A stretch of 62,916 nt of DNA, the filler included, from Malassezia furfur (taxonomy: Eukaryota), in assembly GCA_052055015.1 (NCBI GenBank). It is 38 parts of 38 records of this genome, joined end to end, with 100 filler letters (N's around TTAATTAATTAA, not from the genome) between each part and the next. Parts side by side here need not be neighbours in the genome. Positions count along the whole stretch, not along the records: positions 43,644 to 45,169 come from JBQJIT010001124.1; positions 45,270 to 46,792 come from JBQJIT010001125.1; positions 46,893 to 48,414 come from JBQJIT010001126.1; positions 48,515 to 50,033 come from JBQJIT010001127.1; positions 50,134 to 51,648 come from JBQJIT010001128.1; positions 51,749 to 53,262 come from JBQJIT010001129.1; positions 53,363 to 54,874 come from JBQJIT010001130.1; 31 more parts are not named here. One strand, written 5' to 3'. Of the stretch, positions 43,644-54,974 are shown piece after piece. Under the pieces are notes generated by a model, which saw only the letters and a list, made by a program, of their open reading frames with translations, did not search any database and was not told the origin of the DNA. The position numbers and the translations under genes are program-made. The number at the start of each line of letters is the position of its first letter. Position 1 is the stretch's first letter.

Positions 43644-45169
43644 TGGGCTGCGGCGCGCGCCGCGGGGCTCGGCACCGCCAGCATCGAGTCGCTTGCGGAT
43701 GCGGCCACGGAGGCGGCACGCTGTGTGCCTGCGACCGACATCGCCACACACGCCCTGCCCACCGACGCCATGCTCGCGCCAGGCACCTCGTCCGTTCGGT
43801 GCGCACCCACGGTGACCGCAGACGCGCGCGGTACGTGCACCACTCACACAGCCTTCCTCGCCGACGTCGCTTCAGATCCACGCATCGAGGCCGTCGTGTC
43901 CCACATCCTGCAGACCTACCTGCGCCCGCTCTTTGCGCAGGCCGCCCAGCACAGCCGTGTGCAGGCCTCGGGCCGCGCGGCGCACGGCGCGCGTCCCCTT
44001 GTGTGGGAGGACGAAAAGCCCGTGTGGGACGACGGGTCAGGTGCGCCCAACGTGCTCGCATGGTGTGTGCACGCGCTTGCGCACGGGGCGCCGGATGCAT
44101 GGGAGCGCGTATGGCCCTTGGTCGTGCCGCCGACCATGGTGCTGCTCGACGCGCCGGGCGCCTACCCCAAGCTGCTCGGCGCATGCGTCGCGAGCGAGAT
44201 GCTCCTACCCGAGGCGCCCGCGCGCGTCTCTGCCGAGCTGCTGCGCCGCACGGGCCTCGCCGAGCTGCTCGACGATGCGCTCCACAGCGCACTGCACCAC
44301 CTCTCGGACGCCGAGTACGGCGCAGTACTGCTCAGTGCCACGCTCCAGGCCCGCTACGGGCTCGTACGTGCGCTGCATCCCACCGTGGACGCGACACCCG
44401 AGGCGTTCGAGGCGTACATGCGCCTCTTTTCCGACGGCATCCTCGCGGCGCTCTCGTACTGTGCGCCGCCCTCGGCGTCCGCACCGGCGCTCCGTGCGCC
44501 GCCCGGCACCGCGCTCGGATCCGCACGTCTGCACCATGCGCTTGCGGGCGTCGCGTGTGCGTGGGCGTGCGTGCTGTGCCCCGTCCTGGGCACACCGGCG
44601 CTCCAGTTCTGGAACGCGTTCCTTGACTGGGCCGCCGGGTGGATTGCGCACGCCTTTGAGGCTACTACCACCCTCGACACGGTGCCACGGCGCTCAATGA
44701 CCAGCGTCGTCAACGAAATCACCCAGCAGGACGCGGTCGGCGGCGATGCGCCCGACGCTGGCGCGGCACGCGACTGGGCCGAGGCGGCCCATGTCCTGCT
44801 TGCCAGTGTGCTGCAGACGCTGCACGGCGCTCAGGCGATGGCCGCGCTCGTTGCCGAAGTCGATACGGCGCCGCCTGCTCCACCCGCGCTCGCGATTCCG
44901 CCGCGCCTTCCGGGCCTGCACATGTATGCGAACGAGGTGGTCTGTGCATCGGCCCAGTGCTACGTCAGCCTCACGTCGCTGGACGTGCGCGGCGACGGCG
45001 ACGCACGCGACACGATCGCTGTCCTCCTTCGCGAGCTACGTACGCTGTGTGCGATGCTGCACACGCTCGATCCTGCGCTTGACGAGGTACGTTGCTCGCC
45101 CCCCGCGCTCGCTGACCCCCAGACCTGGGACGCCCTCCACCGCTGGGCCGCGGTCCGTCCGCTGGTGGC
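43644..45169 (+). CDS. TTI2: TTT complex subunit Tti2-like, partial
   Basis: ILQTYLRPLF..SGR, KPVW, WPLVVPPTMVLLD..KLLG, LLRRTGL. Confidence 0.72.
45087..45122 (+). other. Probable spliceosomal intron, 36 nt (in frame, no stop)
   Basis: GTACGTTGCTCGCCCCCCGCGCTCGCTGACCCCCAG; consensus match only. Confidence 0.7.
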
Positions 45170-45269
45170 NNNNNNNNNNNNNNNNNNNNNNNNNNNNNNN
45201 NNNNNNNNNNNNNTTAATTAATTAANNNNNNNNNNNNNNNNNNNNNNNNNNNNNNNNNNNNNNNNNNNN

Positions 45270-46792
45270 GGGCGGGCCCATGGCGCCGTCGAGCGGCGGC
45301 GGGCGCAGCGCGGCGGGCGCTACGACGGCCGCAAGTGCCGCGCGCTTCTGTGCGCGCGCCGCGACGTGCATCGCAAAGAGACGCGGGGGTGTCGGCGCGG
45401 CGTCCGTGCTGCTGTCCGGCAGCCCGTCGGCGTGCACGCTCGGCAGCGGCCACGCGGCGCTCGCGAGGTCCTCGTGCAGCCACGCGAGGCGCGCGTAGGC
45501 GCGCGCGAGTGCGGCCGGCGCGGCGTGCGCCGTGTCACGCAGTGTGTGCACGGCGTGTGCGACGTCGCGCACCGCGAGCGCGCCGCTGAGCGCGACCATG
45601 TCGCCCGTGCGCTCGAGCGGGAGGCGCAGCGTCGCGGTCGCGAGCCATGCGAGCACCCAGTAGACGTCGGGCGTCGCACTGCCTACGAGCGCGGCGTCGG
45701 CGCGCCCGAGCTCGTGTGCACGCGTGCGCACGCGGTCGAGCAGCGTGGACGCCGTGCCGCCCGCCTGCTCCCATGCCGCGCGGTACGCGAGGCTCGCGGG
45801 TGCGCTCGCGCCGTCGAGCACCGCGGCCTCGACGAGCGTCGGCGGGATCGGCCCGTCAATGCTCCCGCCGGCTTTGTGCGCCATCTGCGCGCGCACGAGC
45901 GCGACGACGTCGAGCAGCGTGGCCATGCGCGCCACGCGTGCGTCGGCGTCGATGCGGGTGTCTACGACATAGCTCTCGACCCACGCGGCAATCGCGTCGT
46001 ACGCGTCGCACAGCGCACGCAGCGACGGCGGCAGCGCATCGAGCAGGCTAGAGCGCTCGCCGCCGGTCGCATGCGGCGCGGGCAGCAGGCGTATGAGGCG
46101 CGCGAGCGTCGGTGCGCCGCCGCCCGCGTGCAGCGTCGCGCTTGCCGCCGACCAGCTGTGCGCAGAGGTGTGCGCCAGGAGCAGTGCGGCGCGGGCCACG
46201 TCGCGCTCTACGACGCCGGCAAACAGCGGCGCGACGATCGACTCGAGGTACTGCGCGAGCGCCAGCGCCGACGCTGCCTCGGGCGCGCTCGGCGGCGTGC
46301 GCGGCGGCTCGTGCGCGTACTGCGCGACGGTGCGCTGCGCGAGGCGGGGGTACGTCTCGCGCAGCGTCTCGACGAGGCTCGCGAGACGCGGCGCATCCGC
46401 CGGGCTCGCGTCGCACTCGGCCGCCGCCTCGACCAGGAAGGTGTGCGCCGCCTCAAACAGCACCGGGTCCGCGACAAACTCGTGCGGGCACAGCGCGAGC
46501 CAGCGCTGCAGCGTCGTGAGCACGCCGTGCCGGATCTTGGCCACCATGCTCCAGTCGGCCGGCTCGCGCGCGTACGCTGCGCCGCTCGTCCACGACGGGT
46601 ACTGGTTCGGGACGTGCGAGCGGGCGTGCCATGCCATCTCGCGGCTCGCGGCCTCGGCCTCGTCCCACCGCAGGCGCAGCGCGTCGAGCAGCGATGCGCT
46701 CGGCAGCACGTCGTGGTGCGCAAGCAGCACCGCATCCCGGAACGCCGCCCAGTCCAGCACGACGTGCAGCACGCGGTACTCGGGCGGCTCGC
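45270..46792 (-). CDS. RasGEF-like domain protein (Bem2-like), internal part
   Basis: KIRHGVLTTLQRWL..EF (REM-like); ARVARMATLL, PTLVEAA..YRAAWEQA. Confidence 0.55.
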
Positions 46793-46892
46793 NNNNNNNN
46801 NNNNNNNNNNNNNNNNNNNNNNNNNNNNNNNNNNNNTTAATTAATTAANNNNNNNNNNNNNNNNNNNNNNNNNNNNNNNNNNNNNNNNNNNN

Positions 46893-47253
46893 CACTCGAC
46901 TCGGGCCACGACGCAGCCGCGAGGCGCCGCGCGCCTTTGGACGCGGGCAGCAGCACGGGCTTGCCGTCCGGGCGCCAGAGCCATGCGTGCCCGTCGGAAA
47001 GCAGTGCAATGTCCGCGAGGCCGGGCACGACGCACACCGCGTCGATGGCGCGCCGCGTCACGGGCGCGGTCGTCGGCGCCGCCCACGCCGCGTCGGCGCG
47101 CGGCACCGCATACGTGGCGACGGCGCCCGACGAGGTGCCGACGTACAGCGTGTCGTCTGCGTTAGTGTGGGGCGACGCACCTGTGCACGCCAGCGCACGC
47201 GCGCCGTCCGGCAGCGCACACGCCGCGGCCTGCGCCGCATAGACGCCGTCCAT
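46893..47253 (-). CDS. CNH-domain protein (Vps3/Vam6 family), N-terminus
   Basis: LYVGTSSGAV..RRAIDAVCVV..LLSDG..ASKGA. Confidence 0.65.
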
Positions 47254-47285
47254 GCTGGGAAGGTGGAGGGGTGCACCTCCACGCC

Positions 47286-48414
47286 ATGCTCGCGGAGCAG
47301 CTGACCGCCGCGCTCGCGGCACGCGAGCAGCGGGGCACGCGCCGCCGCCTGCTCCTCGGCGATGCATGCACCGCCGCGCGCCTCGCGCGGTGCATCGACT
47401 TTTCGTCGAACGACTACCTCTCGCTGTCTGCCGCGCCGGCGGCGCGCGCGGCCGTCGCGAAGAAACTCGAGCACGGCCTGCCGCTCGGCAGCACGGGCAG
47501 CCGCCTGCTGGACGGCGACTCGCCCGCCCACACGGCGCTCGAGACGCGCCTCGCGCACACGTTCCACGCGCCGGCCGCGCTGCTGTTCAACAGCGGCTTT
47601 GATGCAAACGTGTCGCTCCTCACGACGCTGCCGCAGCCCGGCGACGTCGTGGTGTACGACGCGCTCGTGCACGCGAGCATGCACGACGGGATGCGCGCGT
47701 CGCGCGCACAGACGTGCCGCGCGTTTGCGCACAACGACCCCGCGAGCCTCGACGCGGTGCTCGCCGAGCTCGACGTGCGCTCCGCCAACGTGTTCCTGGC
47801 CCTCGAAAGCGTCTATAGCATGGACGGCACCGTATGCCGCCTGCACGAGCTCGTGCAGGTGCTCGCGCGGCACGTCCCCGAAGCAGGGCGCCGCTGCGTG
47901 CTCGTGGACGAGGCGCACGCCGTGGGGGTGTATGGCCCGCAGGGCACGGGCCTCGTCGCGGAGTTAGGCGCGTACGACGACGTCGACGTGCGCCTGGTCA
48001 CCTTTGGCAAGGGGCTCGGGTGCGCCGGCGCCACCGTGTTGTGCGCGCCGCTCTGGCGCGAGTACTTGCTCAACTACGCGCGCCCGCTCATCTACTCGAC
48101 GGCACTGCCTCCGCCCGCCGTCGCGGCAGTCGACGCCATGCTCGACGTGCTCGCCCACGATACCCAGCGCCAGGCCGCCGTGCACGCACGCACGCGGCGC
48201 ATGTACGCGGCACTCGGGCGCGCCGTACCGAGCGGACCGGTACCGCCCGCGCCAATCGTGCCGGTGCGCACACCGCACGCCAAGGCGCTCGCCGCCCACC
48301 TCCAGAGCGAGGGGTTCCTCGTGCGCGGCGTCACCTACCCAACCGTGCCGCGCGGCGAAGAGCGCATCCGCATCTGCCTGCACGCCAACAACACCGACGA
48401 AGAGGTCGACGCGT
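47286..48414 (+). CDS. bioF: 8-amino-7-oxononanoate synthase (class II PLP enzyme), 3' partial
   Basis: IDFSSNDYLSL, GSTGSRLLDG, LFNSGFDAN, HASMHDG, ESVYSMDG, VDEAH, TFGKGLG, PTVPRGEERIRICLH. Confidence 0.93.
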
Positions 48415-48514
48415 NNNNNNNNNNNNNNNNNNNNNNNNNNNNNNNNNNNNNNNNNNNNTTAATTAATTAANNNNNNNNNNNNNNNNNNNNNNNNNNNNNN
48501 NNNNNNNNNNNNNN

Positions 48515-50033
48515 CGCTCCTGGGCGGCGGCGCGGCGCGCGGCCTCGGCGGCGCGCTGCTGGGCGCGCACGGCGTTGTCCGTCTTGCACTTGCGGTAGGC
48601 GGCGAGGAACTCTTTGAAGATGCCGAAGAACTCTTCGGTGGGCATGGGCTTGGGCGCGACGAACCCGCGGCGGATCGGGTCGGGCCCCTCGCCGTAGAAG
48701 CGCAGCGCGTCGGTGAAGACGCGCTCGGTGTGCTGGATCTGGTCGTTGAGCTTGGACAGCTCGCTGGTACTCTTCTGGAGGAAGGGGAGCATGAGCTTCG
48801 CGTACGGGTCCTCGAGGTTCTCCTCGTGCTCGCCGAGCAAGCGGTCGAGCTCCTTCTTGTGCTGGGTGTTGCCCGACTTGAGCTCGGCGAGGTCGTGCTT
48901 CAGGTCGACGAGCTGCACGCGGCACGCCTCGGTCGCCGCGTGCAGCTCGTCGGTGAAGCCGTCGAGCTCGGGGAAGTGCTGCGACACGGTGCGCTCGACA
49001 AAGTGCAGCAGCGTCGTGCCGTCGCCCGCCTTAGTGTCGACGAGCTTGTTGATGCTGCTGATGCGGAAGCCGAACGCGCCGCCCTTGATCCCGGTCGCAT
49101 TCAGGTAGTTGCCGAACATGAGCACGATCGACAGCAGCTCGGCAAACTTGGGCGCGTGCATGATCGCCTCGGCGCCGTCGCGGATTTTGCCGAGGCCCGT
49201 GCGGATCAGGTCGACGGTGTCGGCGTACTTGGTCATGTACAGGAGGCCCTTGACCTTGTCCTTGAGGTGCGGCACGGTCATGAGTAGCACCACGAGGCGG
49301 TCCGCAGGGTGCAGCAGGCGCAGCTGCTCGTCCGACGCGTTCTTGTACTCGCCGAGGCGCCCCTTGGTCTCGGACTCGGGGTAGTAGCGCAGCAGCTCGG
49401 TCAGGATGCTCTGGTCGCACACCTGCGCGTCGCAGTGGATGATGAGGTGCGCCACCTCCTCGGGCGTGCACTGCTTGCTGTCCGTCAGGCGGCTCTTGAT
49501 GCGCTTGAGCACCATCTCGATGCCCTGGCGCGTCGCATAGTTCAGATGCGTCTGCAGCTCCTTGTGGTCCTTCTTCACCGCGGTGACCGCCTTCTTGGAC
49601 GCCTCCTTGGCCTTGAACTCTTCCTCCATCTCGTCAAACACGCCGCCTGCGAGGATGATGGGGCGCAGCCGCTGCTCAAACGCGTCGTTCGCGCCCCACA
49701 CCGTGCTCGACGCGTGCTCGGCACTGAGCTTGTCCCACTGCACCTGCTTCATGCGGTTCTTCGCCATGTCCAGCACCCCCTTGCGGGGGTTGCCCGCCAG
49801 ACCCAGCAGCGGCGGCGCTGGCGGGGGGTGCACGGGGCCCGCGGGTGCCAGCGAGTCGGACGCATAGCTCGTGCGTACGCCCAGCAGCGAGTTGCGCTGC
49901 TCGGGCTCCTCTTCTTTCTGGCTCATCCGCGCACGCAGCTGCGCCATGAGCGGCGCGCCATGCCCTGCACCTGCTCCGCTCGACACACGCGTCGACTCGC
50001 CAGGCGCGCCGGGCGGCGGCGGCGGCGGGGGAG
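48515..50033 (-). CDS. Formin (end of FH1 + FH2 domain), partial
   Basis: Poly-Pro; MKQVQWDKL, FGNYLN..GGAFGFRISSINKLVDTK, TLLHF, FFGIFKEF. Confidence 0.93.
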
Positions 50034-50133
50034 NNNNNNNNNNNNNNNNNNNNNNNNNNNNNNNNNNNNNNNNNNNNTTAATTAATTAANNNNNNNNNNN
50101 NNNNNNNNNNNNNNNNNNNNNNNNNNNNNNNNN

Positions 50134-51140
50134 GACGCCCGGTGCGTCGGGCGATGCGACGCCGCGCGCGGGCAAGGCGCCGGCGGTCGACGACGCGCCC
50201 GACTCGAGCGAGAGCACCGAGGGCCGCGCGGGGCGCAAGCGGACGCCCGCCAAGGGCGAGAAGGACAACAAGACGGGCCGCCGCAAGATCAAGATTGAGT
50301 TTATCGACGACGACTCGCGGCGGCACATTACGTTCAGCAAGCGCAAGGCGGGCATTATGAAAAAGGTGCGTGGCCACACTGACCCAGGCGTATGAGCTCG
50401 CGACGTTGACGGGCACGCAGGTGCTGCTGCTGGTTGTGTCGCAGACCGGCCTGGTGTACACGTTCACCACGCCGAAGCTCGAGGCGATCGTCAAGCAGCC
50501 CGAGGGGCGCAACCTGATCCAAGAGTGCCTCAATGCGCCCGGCCCGAGCGACGAGGCGGGGCCCAGTACGCAGGCGCCGCACGCCGGCGACCTCTACGCC
50601 AAGGAGGAGGGCGACGAGGGCGACGAGGGCGAAGAGGACGAGGAGGACGAGGAGGACACGTCGCTGCTGCACCACCCCGACCTGGGCCTCACCGCCCAGG
50701 CGTTCAGCACGAGCCCGATCAGCGAGACGGCGCCGTACGGTGCGCCGCCCGGCGCGCCGCTCTTCCACCCCGGGTGGGGCATGCCCGGCATGGCCCCGCG
50801 CGCCGAGACCAAGCAGCAGCACCTCAAGCGGCGGCGCACGCAGCCGAACCTCGCCGGCCCCGGGCTGCAGCAGCCGCCGGCGCCCGGCGCGGGGCAGGCG
50901 GCGCCGCAGGCGTACGCGAGCATGACGATGCCGCCGATGCCCGTCGAGCGCAACCTGAGCGAGCCGCACCTGCTCGCGAGTGGGCTGCCGATGTACTATG
51001 CGCAGCCGCTGGGCGGGGGCGAGGAGCGTACGCCGCACCTCGGGCATGCGGCGCCGGTCGCGCCCGAGCTGCCGCACCCGCACCTCTCGCCGCGGCACGA
51101 GTCCGCCGCGGCGGGGCACGCGCCTCCGCCGTCTTCGTAG
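50134..51140 (+). CDS. MCM1: SRF-type MADS-box transcription factor, 5' partial, 1 intron
   Basis: GRRKIKIEFIDDDSRRHITFSKRKAGIMKK|AYELATLTGTQVLLLVVSQTGLVYTFTT. Confidence 0.96.
50366..50387 (+). other. Spliceosomal intron, 22 nt
   Basis: GTGCGTGGCCACACTGACCCAG; restores GIMKKAYEL. Confidence 0.96.
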
Positions 51141-51218
51141 AGGGCCCCGCGGCCCGCTTGTTCGATACCCCGTTGTACCGCGCGCGGCGTCCGCCGCGCG
51201 AATCACGTGCTTCTCACC

Positions 51219-51648
51219 ATGGCCGACGTGTGGATTGGGCGCAAGCGATGGACGTGCACGTACTGCCAGGTGACGATCAACGATGACGTGCCCTCGCGGC
51301 AGCACCACGAGAGCGGCATGCGCCACAAGAACAACGTCGAGCGCGCGCTGCGGGGGCTGTACAAGGACACGGCCGCCCAGCGCCGCGAGGCCGAGCGCCA
51401 TGCGCGCGAGATTGCCGAGATCGAGTACGCCGCGGGCCGCGCGCACCGCAAGCAGGACGGCGCGGAGGCGGCGCAGGTACAGGGAGGCGCGGGCGACGCG
51501 CCCGCGCCCAAGGCCTGGGCGCCCTCGGACAAGATGGCGACCTACACCACCGCAAAGGCGCTCGGCGTGCGCGACGAGGACGAGCAGGCGTGGCAGGCGC
51601 AATTTGCGCGGCGCAAGGCGGCCGCGCGCGTCGGCGAGTGGGAGACGG
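51219..51648 (+). CDS. U1-type (matrin) zinc finger protein, WBP4/FBP21-like, partial
   Basis: MADVWIGRKRWTCTYCQVTINDDVPSRQHHESGMRHKNNVER. Confidence 0.82.
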
Positions 51649-51748
51649 NNNNNNNNNNNNNNNNNNNNNNNNNNNNNNNNNNNNNNNNNNNNTTAATTAA
51701 TTAANNNNNNNNNNNNNNNNNNNNNNNNNNNNNNNNNNNNNNNNNNNN

Positions 51749-53262
51749 CGCTTGGCGTCGTGCGTCTCGGCGGCGGCCACGAGGTCGTCGGCGAGCGGCG
51801 CGGCATCGGGTGCCGCGGCCCGCACCGCATCGGCCAGGCACAGCGTGAGCCAGGCGGCGAAGGCGACGAGCAGCGCACGCAGCGACGCATCGCGCGGCGT
51901 CTCGACGGGCGCGGCGGCGATGCTCACGGCGGTGCGTAGCTCCGCGAGCTCGTCAACATACGCGGGCCACGCAAAGAGCGACACGCGGTCTGTCTGGACG
52001 GCGTCGGCGACCGTGTGCAGCAGGGCAGCACGCAGCAGCGGCGCGGCGCCGCCATGCGCCCACAGCGCATGCAGCGCGTGGGCACACGTTGTGGGCGCCG
52101 AGGCGACGGCCGCGTGCGGCGCCCACCGCTGGAGCTGTGCGCCGACGAGCGCCACAGGCGGCACGCCGTGGGCGGTCGTGAGCGCCAGCAGCGCCGTCAG
52201 CCGCGCGTCGCGCGGCAGCTTCGTTGCCGGGTGCACCGTCAGCATCCAGAGCACCACAGGCACCGCCGCAGCGACCCACGCGAACGTTCGCGCGGGCGGC
52301 GGCGTGCCGAGCTCGGGTGCAAGCTGCGTCGCCAGGCGCGCAAGCTCGGCCTGCTGTGCGTCGCTCCACGCGGGGTCCGCGAGGTAGAGCGTGGCCAGCA
52401 GCTCGACGGCGGTGCGTGCACGCGCTGCGTCGCCGGCCGCGAGCGCCGCGCGCGCGAGCGTCCCGAGCGCCGGGAGCACACGCACCGGCACGGCCGGCAG
52501 CGTACGTGCCCAGATGGCCTGCATCGCCGCGCCGCCCGTGCTCGTGCGCGGCGCCTGCATCGCACGCAGCACGGCGTCGGCACGCGAGGTGTCGACCGTA
52601 CGCACGTCGCGCAGCGCCGCACGCACCGTGCGCAGGACGACGTGCACCAGCGAAAAGTCGGCATGCTCGGTGTGGGCCGCGTCAAAGAGGAAGTGGGCCG
52701 CGTCGAGCAGTGTGCCGAGCGCCGCGTGCGTGTCGGCGTCGTCGATCGGCGCACGCGTCGCACGCAGCACGAGCGCGGGCAGGGCGCCAAGGAGCGTCGG
52801 CAGCGCAGCGAGCAGCGGGTCGAGGTCGGCCGCCTGCCGCTTTGCGCGCGCCAGCACCGAGTCGCCTGCGCCGTCGAGCGCGTCGAGCGCGTGCTGCAGC
52901 AGCACCGCACGCACACGCAGCGCGATCCGTGCGCCGGTGTCGCCCGACGCGATCGCGACGCGCCGCGCGTCGGGGGGCAGCAGCGTACGCACCAGCGCGG
53001 GCGGGTAGCCTTCCTCGACGAGCGCGGCGTCGCGCGCCGCCGTCGCGTCCGCCACGCCGCGCAGCGCCGTCGCGATGCACGCCTGCTGTGCGGCGTCGAG
53101 CGCAGGGCCCAGCGCACGCAGCGCACTCGGCGTGAGCGTCTGGGCCGCGAGCACCAGCGCCCGCGCCGCGTCGCGTGGCAGCCAATCGAGCACGTGCGCC
53201 ACCGGCGTCAGCGCGCCGTCCACGACGCGCGGCACGAGCGGCGCCACGTCCGGCACGCCGGG
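51749..53262 (-). CDS. Large helical protein fragment, possibly midasin (Rea1) linker
   Basis: Frame open across the contig, A/L-rich helices; only weak remembered similarity. Confidence 0.4.
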
Positions 53263-53362
53263 NNNNNNNNNNNNNNNNNNNNNNNNNNNNNNNNNNNNNN
53301 NNNNNNTTAATTAATTAANNNNNNNNNNNNNNNNNNNNNNNNNNNNNNNNNNNNNNNNNNNN

Positions 53363-54077
53363 CGATCTGCGTGACCATGTTGCTCAGCACGGTGGCCACG
53401 GCGTAGAAGCGCTCGTACGTCTGGCAGATGTAGTTCAGACCGAGGTCGTCGAGCAGGATCTTTTGCACGATAAAGATGGCCACCGTCTTGCTCAGCTCCG
53501 AGCCGGTCTCCATGATGCGCAGGCACAGCGGAATGATCTCGGTCGAGAGCAAAAACGTGATCACGTCCGAGTTGTCGTTCTGCTTCACCAACGCACCGAC
53601 CACACCGAGCGACGTCAGGCGCAGGTACTCGAACGGGCGCGACTTGGACGTCGTGTTCAGGAAGGGATACAGAAACAGCGGGATGTGCGCCTGCAAAAAC
53701 ACGCCGCGCGTGTCGGGGTGCGACGCGACGCACTGCAGCAGCGCCAGCGCATTGCACACACGGTTCGACGCATGCGCCGTCAGCACGGGCGGCGACAGCA
53801 GCGGGTACACCGAGATGATCTCCTGCAGTAGCGAGGGCATCACGCCGAAGCTGTTCCACAGCACCAGCGCCAAGTCCTCGTACTGCTCGCGCTTCTTGCT
53901 GAGCTCGAGCAGCGCATGCTCGCGCTGCGCCGAACTGCCTGGCGCATCGACGTTGCCCGAGGCGATTTCAACGGGATCAGGGCGCTGGCAGAACTGCGAT
54001 ATCAGGTGGCGTAGCTCAAGAGCCGTCATGGCCTCACCGGCCGGCGGAGCCGCGGCTTGGACGTGCACGTCTCCCAT
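53363..54077 (-). CDS. CAF40: CCR4-NOT subunit Rcd1/Caf40/CNOT9, 3' partial
   Basis: [54 protein letters not shown]. Confidence 0.97.
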
Positions 54078-54174
54078 TCCGGTCGCAGGCGCACAGCAGG
54101 TCGTAGACGGGCGGTCGGACGCGCCGACCGGTCGCATTGCTGACTAAACCTAAACTGCGCCTGTCGCCACCGCC

Positions 54175-54874
54175 ATGTACAACGGCATCGGGCTACAGAC
54201 TGCCCGCGGCAGGTGCGTGCCCCCTTCTCACGCAGCGGCACCAATGGTTATGTCCAGCGGAATTTGTCCAGCATCCGCCCGCGCGATGCGCCGCGCGCGC
54301 AGCCCCAGGAGAAGGCGCGCATTTTCGAGCCAGACCAGCGCATCCTCGACCACGAGCGCAAGCGCAAGATCGAGATCCAGTGCATCGAACTGCAGGACGA
54401 GCTCGAAGAGCAGGGGTACGTTGCACAACTCACGCAGCCTTCCGGACGACGAAATTGAGGCACGTGTCGACGCGCTCCGTGCGCGCCTGCGCGAGCGCCA
54501 AGACGCTGTGTGCCCATCCCACCAAGAGACCAAGAGCCTGCGTCCATCTGATACCCACGCGCTAGGCGCAGCCAAGAAGCTCGAGCGCGAAAAGATGGAG
54601 CGTGCACTACGGATACGCCCCGATTACGTCGAGGGTGAGGCCTTCTCGCCCGAGATCCAGGAGCGGCGCAAGATGGAGCGCAAGGAGGAGCGTGCACGCC
54701 TCCACGAAGAGGCCCAGGCGCGCTGGGAGCAGCGGCGCACGGAGCGGGCCGAGCGCGACGTGCGTGTGGACCGCCAGCCAGACATAGACGACCCGCGCGT
54801 GTCACGGCCGCCGCGCGACGCGCGCGATCGCGGGTGGGACTCGCCGCGCGACCATGGCTGGCCTGCGCGGCGGT
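54175..54874 (+). CDS. CWC21: Pre-mRNA splicing factor Cwc21, 2 introns, 3' partial
   Basis: Spliced [50 protein letters not shown]. Confidence 0.96.
54213..54235 (+). other. Spliceosomal intron, 23 nt
   Basis: GTGCGTGCCCCCTTCTCACGCAG; restores [10 protein letters not shown]. Confidence 0.96.
54416..54437 (+). other. Spliceosomal intron, 22 nt
   Basis: GTACGTTGCACAACTCACGCAG; gives [11 protein letters not shown]. Confidence 0.92.
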
Positions 54875-54974
54875 NNNNNNNNNNNNNNNNNNNNNNNNNN
54901 NNNNNNNNNNNNNNNNNNTTAATTAATTAANNNNNNNNNNNNNNNNNNNNNNNNNNNNNNNNNNNNNNNNNNNN

